From an uncultured Lachnospiraceae bacterium (lineage in GTDB: Bacteria > Bacillota > Clostridia > Lachnospirales > Lachnospiraceae), in contig CACZIN010000022.1 of NCBI GenBank assembly GCA_902781225.1, positions 3,460-43,459 of the forward strand: a DNA stretch of 40,000 nucleotides, written 5' to 3'. Each line of letters opens with the position of its first letter. Position 1 is the stretch's first letter. This document shows positions 26,369 through 34,124 of this stretch, one piece after another. A model generated the notes under the pieces. That model did not search any database. It had not been told where the DNA came from and saw only the letters and a list, made by a program, of their open reading frames with translations. The translations under genes were made by a program, and so were the position numbers.

Positions 26369-27844
26369 TTACATTTTTGCAATCAATGCAGCAATTTCTT
26401 CCGGAGTCATAAGCTTATGCGGATCGGAAAAATCCATCGGTGCAGCTTCCGCTGTCTTTGTCTCCGGCTCGTTCTGTGGCTCTGCTATCTCCGGCGCGGC
26501 TACTGGCTCTGACTCGTCCGGCGTTTCGTTCTCCGGCGCGGGTGCCGCTTTCAGATCTGCTCCAAGATCAAGACCATCTGATCCTAAATCTAAGCTATCT
26601 GATCCTAAATCAAGATTCTCTGTTCCGAGATCGAGACTGTCTGCCCCGAGATCGAGACCATCTACTCCTAAATCAAGGCTGTCTCCTCCGAGGTCAAGAC
26701 CGTCTGCTCCAAGATCAAGATTCTCTGCCCCAAGATCAAGACCGTCCGCACTAAGATCAAGTCCATCTGCTCCCGTATCTAAGCTATCTGCTCCAAGATC
26801 AAAGTTCTCTGCCCCAAGATCAAGACCGTCCACTCCAAGGTCTAAGCTGTCTCCTCCGAAATCGAGACCATCTGCTCCAAAATCGAAACTGTCTATCGCC
26901 CCACTCTCTGCTTCAGCCTCATTCTGATCGCCTGTGGCAGCTGCCGCATCTTCCCCTTCCACAATCGCGTCAGAATCTACAATCGGTTCCTCATACTCTT
27001 CCATCACCGGGGTGTCATCCGTCACCGTCTCTGCATCTACGACCGGCAGTTCCTCCTCCGGTGTATCCGGCATGCTAAAATCCGCTTCCATGTCTGGCTC
27101 CGGTTTCTGCACTGCTGCAGCCGCTGCGCTTTCTGCAATTTTGCTCTCCAGCGCCGCATTCTGACTTACCAGTTCGTCCATCCGGCTCTCAATAGCGGCA
27201 AGCGTCTGCGCATTTTCCTCGGCAACCGTCTCCTTCACTGCCTGAAGTCCCTCGGTAATCTCCTTAAGCCCTGCGGTGATCTCCTTTAATTCCTCGGCAA
27301 ATTCCTGCTGCTTTAAGACGAGTTCCTTGACGGAATCATCCATCATATTCTGCTGCTTTCCGGCAAACTGCTCGAATCCCGCATCCATGCTCTCTTTTAA
27401 CTGTAAGAGATTGTCCACTACGCGGTCGTTGGAATTCATAAGTGCATCTGCATTTTCCTTGCTTCTGGTAATGGTTACCTTGGCGATCGCCTTCTGCGCT
27501 GTGATGATCTCCTCGCCCGGCTCCCTGGTATTGCGGTCAACCGCCTCCAGCTGCTCCGAGATCTTCTTGAGCATCAGATATGACGCCTTTTCTCCGCGAA
27601 GCATCCTCTCATATTCGTCTTTTGCCTGCTCCCCGGTCTTATGTATCTCCTTTAATAAGGCAGCGATGAATACATAGGTACAGGCAAGAATTGCTACTCC
27701 CAGAATGATCTGCACCAGATATACCCGGGGCAGGTTGACGATAAAATACATTTCAATCAACAGCAACACCGTTGCTCCCAGCAAAAAGACCGGTGCAAGC
27801 GGCATACCCTTTTTCTCGCGTGGCTGTTTCTCTTTCTTATCCAT
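26369..27844 (-). CDS. Membrane-anchored coiled-coil protein with an acidic heptapeptide-repeat C-terminal region; function unknown
   Basis: Start trimmed to MDKKEKQPREKK with GGAGGA upstream. It has two N-terminal TM helices, a long predicted coiled coil (KEITAGLKEITEGLQAVKE), an acidic linker, about 16 x [A/G/S/V][D/E][G/S/N][L/F]DLG repeats, and ends in LMTPEEIAALIAKM. Confidence 0.75.
   Translation of the reverse strand: MDKKEKQPREKKGMPLAPVFLLGATVLLLIEMYFIVNLPRVYLVQIILGVAILACTYVFIAALLKEIHKTGEQAKDEYERMLRGEKASYLMLKKISEQLEAVDRNTREPGEEIITAQKAIAKVTITRSKENADALMNSNDRVVDNLLQLKESMDAGFEQFAGKQQNMMDDSVKELVLKQQEFAEELKEITAGLKEITEGLQAVKETVAEENAQTLAAIESRMDELVSQNAALESKIAESAAAAAVQKPEPDMEADFSMPDTPEEELPVVDAETVTDDTPVMEEYEEPIVDSDAIVEGEDAAAATGDQNEAEAESGAIDSFDFGADGLDFGGDSLDLGVDGLDLGAENFDLGADSLDTGADGLDLSADGLDLGAENLDLGADGLDLGGDSLDLGVDGLDLGADSLDLGTENLDLGSDSLDLGSDGLDLGADLKAAPAPENETPDESEPVAAPEIAEPQNEPETKTAEAAPMDFSDPHKLMTPEEIAALIAKM
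26552..26896 (-). repeat. About 16 tandem 21-bp (heptapeptide) coding repeats
   Basis: Encodes IDSFDFG ADGLDFG GDSLDLG VDGLDLG AENFDLG ADSLDTG ADGLDLS ADGLDLG AENLDLG ADGLDLG GDSLDLG VDGLDLG ADSLDLG TENLDLG SDSLDLG SDGLDLG. Confidence 0.9.
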
Positions 27845-28029
27845 AGTGTGTCCTCCGTGGCTTTCCTGTCCATCCCTGGCAACAGGCATTTTATAGTGTT
27901 ATATTATCACAGAACGCCAAAAACATAAACGGATTTTCTTGTTATTTTATCCTACAGATTTTATAATATATTTCGGACTATTTTTCAGATTTTTTTATAC
28001 TTTTCTACGACAGATATGGAGATTATAGC

Positions 28030-29379
28030 ATGAACGAAACCTCTTCCAAGAACGAAATCACATCCGGTATCATCTGGAAACAGCTTCTTTTATTTTTCTT
28101 TCCTATTTTACTGGGTTCTTTTTTTCAACAGCTTTACAACACGATCGACGCCGTCATTGTGGGACGCTTTGTCGGGAAAAATGCACTTGCCGCAGTCGCC
28201 GGTTCCTCCGGAATGGTCATCAACCTGCTGGTCAACTTTTTTACCGGGCTGACTGCCGGTGCTTCCGTCATCGTCTCCCAGTTCTTCGGATCCGGGGATC
28301 GCAAAAAGGTGGACGACAGTATTCATACGATCTATGCCTTCTCCATCATCGGTAGCGTCGTCATGACACTAATCGGCATCACTGCTGCCCCGGCGCTTCT
28401 TCGACTGATGAATACGCCGGAAGAACTGATGAGTGACTCCATCCTCTACCTGCGCATCTATTTTGCCGGTATCTTCTTCGTATTTATTTACAATACAGGA
28501 GCCGGACTGCTCCGCGCGCTGGGAGATTCCAGACGTCCGCTGTACTGTCTGATGATCTGCTGCGTCATCAATATTGTTCTCGATCTGCTCCTGATCGTCG
28601 GGCTGGGACTCGGTGTTGCCGGTGCGGCGATCGCCACGCTTCTCTCGCAGGGGATCAGTGCCGTGATCGTCACCGTTTTTCTGATGCGCCAGAAAGATCT
28701 CTGCGATTTTTCCTTAAAAGAGATCCATATTCACCCGAAACTTCTTAAATCAGAGCTGCTTCTGGGACTGCCGGGCGGATTTCAGTATGCCATGTACAGC
28801 ATTTCCAATATGATTATCCAGTCCGCACTCAACAAATTCGGAACCGACACGGTTGCCGCCTGGGCGGCTTACGGAAAACTGGACGCGATCGTCTGGATGG
28901 TCAGCGGTGCTTTCGGTATCGCCATCACAACCTTCGTCGGTCAGAACTACGGTGCCGGGAAGTATGACCGCGTCAGAAAAAGTATCCGCGTGTGTATCGG
29001 CATGGATTTTGCCGCCGCTATCCTTCTGATGCTGCTGCTCGTATGCTTCCGCATTCCGCTCTTCCACATTTTTGTTACAGATGAAAACGTCGTGGAGATC
29101 GGACTGAAAATGATGGCGACCATGGCTCCGTTTTACTGGCTGTTCGTCTTTACTGAGGTCTTTTCTGGTGCACTGCGCGGAATGGGCGACGTCATCGTTC
29201 CGATGCTCATCACAACCGGCGGTATCTGTCTGTTCCGTGTGGTATGGATTTTCGGAGTGGTCGCCCTCTTCCCGACACTCACCGTAACACTCCTCAATTA
29301 TCCGGTGTCCTGGGTTTTAACGTCCGTTCTGTTTCTGTTTTACTATCATTTCCGGATGAAAAAGCTGACCGCGCGCTGA
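28030..29379 (+). CDS. MATE family efflux transporter
   Basis: 12-TM profile. The N-terminal LLLFFFPILLGSFFQQLYNTIDAVIVGR is the typical MATE (MatE) signature. Confidence 0.9.
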   Translation: MNETSSKNEITSGIIWKQLLLFFFPILLGSFFQQLYNTIDAVIVGRFVGKNALAAVAGSSGMVINLLVNFFTGLTAGASVIVSQFFGSGDRKKVDDSIHTIYAFSIIGSVVMTLIGITAAPALLRLMNTPEELMSDSILYLRIYFAGIFFVFIYNTGAGLLRALGDSRRPLYCLMICCVINIVLDLLLIVGLGLGVAGAAIATLLSQGISAVIVTVFLMRQKDLCDFSLKEIHIHPKLLKSELLLGLPGGFQYAMYSISNMIIQSALNKFGTDTVAAWAAYGKLDAIVWMVSGAFGIAITTFVGQNYGAGKYDRVRKSIRVCIGMDFAAAILLMLLLVCFRIPLFHIFVTDENVVEIGLKMMATMAPFYWLFVFTEVFSGALRGMGDVIVPMLITTGGICLFRVVWIFGVVALFPTLTVTLLNYPVSWVLTSVLFLFYYHFRMKKLTAR

Positions 29380-30268
29380 TCGCTGCGGCATCTCTTTCCT
29401 CTCTCTGCTTTTTGCGAAGCTGACCGGGCGTCATGCCGTAGGCTTCCTTAAAGCTGCGCAGAAACACCTTGTAGTTGGTGATTCCGTTTTTATTCATTAA
29501 ATAGGTAATACTCTCATCCGTCTGCAGCAGATCACTGTGAAAATACTGCAGGCGGATTTGGTTTACATAAGTCAAAAATGTCTGACCGGTATACTTTTTA
29601 AACAAGCGGCAAAAATATTCCGGCGTGAGTGATAATTCATCTGCCGTCTCTTTTAATGTAACCGGATTGGTGTAATTCCTTTTCACATACTGCATGCTCC
29701 GCTCGATCCGCTCAAAATCCCTTCTGGAGCGGTGGCGCAGCACATGATCGACCGTAACCGCGTCCTGTGTATACAACAGATACAATAGCTTATAAAGCGC
29801 CGCCAGAAACAGCAAATGTGTGCCGTCCGTCCCCTGCTCCTGCAGGCACTTCATTTCTTCCAGATTTTCTGACATCCGGTAATTCACGGATGTTGTCTCC
29901 TCCGAATACGGAACATACTCCCCGAAATGCAGTCCCCGCCAATCCTCACTGACGCGCTTTAAATGTTCCGGCGGAATCTGCAACAGATAATAATGCCCGT
30001 CCCCGTGGACATGCGTGTAGTGAATGTCTCTCGGATTGACGACCAGAATATCTCCCCGCTGCAGTTCATACGACGTCTCATTGATGTACGCCGTCATTGC
30101 CCCGTGCTGCATACAGATCATTTCCAGATGCTCATGCCAATGTGCCGGCAGCAATTCATTGGACGCGTCGACCTGTGTAAAATAAAGCTGCATCAGCCCG
30201 TCATCGGATATAATCTCATGTTCCCCCTGCTGCACTCCCCTTCCCTCTCTTTCCTGCTCTCTCCGCAT
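29294..30268 (-). CDS. AraC family transcriptional regulator with an N-terminal cupin domain
   Basis: Cupin segment HWHEHLEMI...GDILVVNPRDIH. C-terminal double HTH: TLKETADELSLTPEYFCRLFKKYTGQTF...LRSFKEAYGMTPGQLRK. The start is uncertain (ATG 30268 or GTG 30280). The 3' end overlaps the MATE gene by 86 nt. Confidence 0.85.
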   Translation of the reverse strand: MRREQEREGRGVQQGEHEIISDDGLMQLYFTQVDASNELLPAHWHEHLEMICMQHGAMTAYINETSYELQRGDILVVNPRDIHYTHVHGDGHYYLLQIPPEHLKRVSEDWRGLHFGEYVPYSEETTSVNYRMSENLEEMKCLQEQGTDGTHLLFLAALYKLLYLLYTQDAVTVDHVLRHRSRRDFERIERSMQYVKRNYTNPVTLKETADELSLTPEYFCRLFKKYTGQTFLTYVNQIRLQYFHSDLLQTDESITYLMNKNGITNYKVFLRSFKEAYGMTPGQLRKKQREERDAAAISARSAFSSGNDSKTETERTLKPRTPDN

Positions 30269-30458
30269 TTTCACATGCACGGACTTCTCTTTCTCCCATC
30301 ATACCTTCGGAAGGAAAAAATATCAATATCGACCTATATTTCTGCCAAAATTCGATCTATAATAAACGAAATTATCTGCTTATAATACGAACATAGACAA
30401 TGTTCCATTCTGGGAAATATCAAAATAATATCAGGCGTATGCCAGAAAAGAGGTCAAA

Positions 30459-32876
30459 ATGAGAAAATGGACCAGAGTGATGTATCAGCCAAACCGTCCG
30501 TTAAAAGAGGGCTGTTACGTGACTGCTTCCAAAGAACACATCGCACTTTCCAGGGAAGCTGCTGCAGAGGGTATGGTTCTCTTAAAGAACGAGCACAATC
30601 TGCTGCCGTTAAAAGCAGGCAGCCGGATTGCACTCTTTGGAAAAGGCAGTTTTGATTATGTCAAGGGAGGCGGCGGCAGCGGCGATGTGACCGTATCGTA
30701 TGTGCACAATCTCTACGACGGCTTTCAGATGCTCCACGATACCGTCTCCCTCTACGAGCCGCTGTGCGATTTCTACCGCAATCATGTGAACGGACAGTAT
30801 GAGCAGGGTTCTGTTCCCGGCATGACGACAGAGCCGGCGCTCTCCGCCGGGCTTCTCGCCGGCGCCAGCGCCTATACCGATACGGCTGTGATCGTATTGA
30901 GCCGTTTTTCCGGAGAGGGCTGGGACCGCTCCAGCATCGAATACAACGGAGAATACAATCCGTGGGAGACAGAGACCAGCATGCCGAAAATCTCCGGAGA
31001 GATCTTCCCTGACGGCGACTTCTATCTCACAAAGGAAGAATCTGCCATGATCGCACAGGTAAAGCAGCATTTTTCCAAAATTGCGGTCGTCCTAAATATC
31101 GGCGGCATCATCGATACCTCGTGGATCAAAAACGACGATCAGATCTCCTCCGCGCTCATCGCATGGCAGGGCGGCATGGAGGGCGGACTTGCCATGGCGG
31201 AACTGTTGTGCGGAAAGGTATCTCCGTCCGGCAAGCTTCCGGACACTTTCGCCGCTTCCGTGGACGATTATCCTTCCACCGCGAATTTCCACGAATCGGT
31301 TGACTACGTGGACTATACCGAGGATATCTATGTAGGTTACCGCTATTTCGAGACTTTTCCGGATGCGGCAAAGCACGTATGCTATCCGTTCGGATTCGGA
31401 CTTTCCTACACCCAGTTCTCCCTTGCGGTGCAGAGCGTGACCGAAACCGAGCAGGCCATCCGCGCTTCCGTCCTTGTCACAAACACCGGAGATTACAGCG
31501 GAAAAGAAGTCGTGCAGATGTATTACAGTGCGCCGCAGGGACTTTTGCAGAAACCGGCGCGCGAACTCTCCGCTTTTTGCAAGACAAGAACGCTCCTCCC
31601 GGGCGAAAGCCAGCTTCTGACGCTCGAGACAGCAAAGGATTCCATGGCTTCCTACGATGATCTGGGAAAAATTTTTAAATCCTCCTACATACTGGAAAAG
31701 GGAGACTACCATTTTTACATCGGAACTTCCGTCCGGGATGTCACAGCGCTGGATTATGTCATGACGCTCGACGCTGACCTGCTGGTAGAGCAGCTCTCCT
31801 CCAAAGCCGCACCTACAAGCTTGAAGAAGCGCCTTCTCGCAGACGGAAGCTACGAAGAACTTCCGCAGGGAACTGCCAACGATCCGAATGCCTGTGTTTT
31901 TGAAAAAATGGTACCGGGCACCGAGGAGGCTCTCGCCCCGGCAACACGCGGACGCGGCTCCTATCTTCTGCTGAATTCCTATAAGGAAAACGCGCATCCG
32001 CTGATCGACGTTTACGAGGGAAAGATTTCCATGGATGAATTTATCGCCCAGCTCGACGACGATGACCTGATTCATCTGCTCGGCGGTCAGCCGAATACTT
32101 CCGTAGCAAATACCTACGGCTACGGCAATCTCCCGGAATACGGCGTTCCAAATATCATGACCGCCGACGGTCCTGCCGGTCTCCGCATCAACCCGCAGTG
32201 TGAGGTCTGCACAACGGCATGGCCATGCGCCACACTGCTCGCCTCCACCTGGAATCCTGCCCTGATCGAACAGGTCGGAACCGCAGGCGCCGAGGAAGTA
32301 AAAGAGAACAACATCGCCGTATGGCTGACGCCGGCCGTCAACATTCACCGCAATCCGCTCTGCGGAAGAAATTTTGAATACTATTCGGAAGATCCGCTGC
32401 TCGCCGGCAAAACGGGCGCAGCCATGGTGCGCGGCATCCAGTCGCAGCACATCGCCGCAGCCGTGAAGCATTTTGCCTGCAACAACAAGGAGACCAACCG
32501 CAAACACAGCGACTCCCGCGTCTCCGAGCGCGCACTCCGCGAGATCTACTTAAAGGCGTTTGAGATCATCGTAAAGGAAGCCGATCCGTGGGTCATCATG
32601 TCCGCTTACAATATGATCAACGGCCACCGTGCTTCTGAAAATCACGATCTGCTCGAAGGCATCCTGCGCGACGAGTGGCATTTTCACGGAATGGTAACCT
32701 CCGACTGGTGGACGAGAGGGGAACATTACAAGGAGATCAAAGCCGGAAATGATGTGAAGATGGCGTGCGGTTTCCCGGAACGCGTGAAAAAAGCGATGGA
32801 GCTCGGTGCGCTGGATCGAAGCGATCTGGAGCGCTGCGCAAAGCGCGTACTTGATCTGATCTTAAAGATCGATTAA
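30459..32876 (+). CDS. Glycoside hydrolase family 3 (beta-glucosidase/xylosidase-like) with permuted domain order
   Basis: The N-terminal half carries GH3 C-domain and Fn3-like features (FGKGSFDYVKGGGGSG, YPFGFGLSYTQF). The catalytic-barrel motifs sit at the C-terminus (KHFACNNKETNR, MSAYNMING, nucleophile motif VTSDWW). Confidence 0.9.
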   Translation: MRKWTRVMYQPNRPLKEGCYVTASKEHIALSREAAAEGMVLLKNEHNLLPLKAGSRIALFGKGSFDYVKGGGGSGDVTVSYVHNLYDGFQMLHDTVSLYEPLCDFYRNHVNGQYEQGSVPGMTTEPALSAGLLAGASAYTDTAVIVLSRFSGEGWDRSSIEYNGEYNPWETETSMPKISGEIFPDGDFYLTKEESAMIAQVKQHFSKIAVVLNIGGIIDTSWIKNDDQISSALIAWQGGMEGGLAMAELLCGKVSPSGKLPDTFAASVDDYPSTANFHESVDYVDYTEDIYVGYRYFETFPDAAKHVCYPFGFGLSYTQFSLAVQSVTETEQAIRASVLVTNTGDYSGKEVVQMYYSAPQGLLQKPARELSAFCKTRTLLPGESQLLTLETAKDSMASYDDLGKIFKSSYILEKGDYHFYIGTSVRDVTALDYVMTLDADLLVEQLSSKAAPTSLKKRLLADGSYEELPQGTANDPNACVFEKMVPGTEEALAPATRGRGSYLLLNSYKENAHPLIDVYEGKISMDEFIAQLDDDDLIHLLGGQPNTSVANTYGYGNLPEYGVPNIMTADGPAGLRINPQCEVCTTAWPCATLLASTWNPALIEQVGTAGAEEVKENNIAVWLTPAVNIHRNPLCGRNFEYYSEDPLLAGKTGAAMVRGIQSQHIAAAVKHFACNNKETNRKHSDSRVSERALREIYLKAFEIIVKEADPWVIMSAYNMINGHRASENHDLLEGILRDEWHFHGMVTSDWWTRGEHYKEIKAGNDVKMACGFPERVKKAMELGALDRSDLERCAKRVLDLILKID

Positions 32877-32906
32877 AAAATCTGAGACTCTTTCTGAGTG
32901 TTGCAA

Positions 32907-32950
32907 ATAAAAAAGACGGAAGCCTCCTCACAGAGACTTCCGTCTTTTTT
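32907..32950. terminator. Bidirectional terminator between the GH3 gene and the flavodoxin-like gene
   Basis: Stem gacggaag/cttccgtc flanked by A8 and T6 runs. Confidence 0.75.
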
Positions 32951-32972
32951 ACTTTCTTTTATCTCAGTCTTT

Positions 32973-33515
32973 TTATAAATTCTTTCCAAGTGCATATGCT
33001 TTCTGCATAACATCGGCATGATTGACCGCATCATTTGCATCATTGATTCCACCGCCGGTAACGATGCCTTTCAATTCCGCTTTTTCAAAACAGTCTACCC
33101 AGCCCTGCAAGCCCTGGTAAGCTTTCTCAAATGTGCTCTCTTCATTCTCCGCAGCTGTTGCAATCATATAAATATCCCGGAAACTGTATTCAACCGGATA
33201 CAGAGGATTCAGCCGGTCAAGCAGTGTTTTCATCTGACCGCTCATCTCATAATAGTAGATCGGGGTTGCAAAGACAATGACCTCGGCTTCTTTTACTTTT
33301 TCCATGATCTCTGCCACGTCATCTTTCAATACACACGATCCCTTGCTCTGACAGACCAGGCAGCCGATACAGAACTTTATGTCCTTTCCTTTCAGAGATA
33401 CCAGCTCCACATTGTGACCGGCTTCTTTGGCTCCCTTTTCACATTCCTTTGCAAGAATTTCTGAATTGCTGTTACCGCGAAGGCTCGTAGAAATAATTAA
33501 AACTTTTTTTGACAT
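32973..33515 (-). CDS. Flavodoxin-like NAD(P)H-dependent FMN reductase (iron-sulfur flavoprotein-like)
   Basis: MSKKVLIISTSLRGNSNSE and FATPIYYYEMSGQMKTLLDR are motifs of the flavodoxin_2/FMN_red type. A CIGCLVC cysteine cluster is present. Confidence 0.85.
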   Translation of the reverse strand: MSKKVLIISTSLRGNSNSEILAKECEKGAKEAGHNVELVSLKGKDIKFCIGCLVCQSKGSCVLKDDVAEIMEKVKEAEVIVFATPIYYYEMSGQMKTLLDRLNPLYPVEYSFRDIYMIATAAENEESTFEKAYQGLQGWVDCFEKAELKGIVTGGGINDANDAVNHADVMQKAYALGKNL

Positions 33516-33536
33516 CTTTTTCTCCTTTTGATTTTT

Positions 33537-34094
33537 TTATTTCAACTTCTTACCAACCTCAAAAGATTTGCCTACCACGCCATCCACCTTGAGGTAATCG
33601 TATGTGGCATGATCAAACACCAGCGGCTTGAACTTTTCCATGGAAATGCCGCCTTCCCCGTCAAGCACCTTTTCGCTCACACTGATATTCTTCAATCTTC
33701 CCAGCACATTGCCCTCTTCCGTCACTCTCACCAGTTCACACTCCCATGTGACCGGCAGTTCCTCAAAGACGGGAGCATTCACAAATTCGGAGCGGGTGAT
33801 TGTCCAACCGGTCTTCTCCATCTTATCCGGCGTATCGTTGCCGGATACAAGTCCCACATAGTCGCTGGCCGCCATATTTTCCACATCTGCAAAGCTGACG
33901 GTAAACGCTTTGGTCTGCTGAATATTCTTGAACGTCTTTCTGTTGTGGCCAATACTGAACTCAATCATATTTGAGGTGTAGAGTCCACCGTAGGCTGCAT
34001 TCATCGCATCCGGCACACCGTTTTCGTCGTAGGTGCCGATAATAAGTACCGGGAGTGGATAAAACCATGGTTTGTTGCCAATATTTTTTCGCAT
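33537..34094 (-). CDS. Flavin reductase family protein (FMN-binding split barrel)
   Basis: The size and the PLPVLIIGTYDENGVPDAMNAAYGG pattern are typical of the Flavin_Reduct domain. Confidence 0.85.
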   Translation of the reverse strand: MRKNIGNKPWFYPLPVLIIGTYDENGVPDAMNAAYGGLYTSNMIEFSIGHNRKTFKNIQQTKAFTVSFADVENMAASDYVGLVSGNDTPDKMEKTGWTITRSEFVNAPVFEELPVTWECELVRVTEEGNVLGRLKNISVSEKVLDGEGGISMEKFKPLVFDHATYDYLKVDGVVGKSFEVGKKLK

Positions 34095-34124
34095 ATGTCT
34101 CTCCTTTTTTCCTTATACTTCATT

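Noticed and set aside
26552-26896. Highly regular short repeats that might at first suggest a CRISPR-like or satellite array.
   Set aside because: The period is 21 bp with no unique spacers. The repeats are in frame inside a long ORF and encode a consistent heptapeptide. This is a coding tandem repeat, not CRISPR.
31092-32507. A 471-aa minus-strand ORF antisense to the GH3 gene.
   Set aside because: It is a shadow ORF. It has no motifs, and the plus strand encodes an unambiguous GH3 enzyme across the whole interval.
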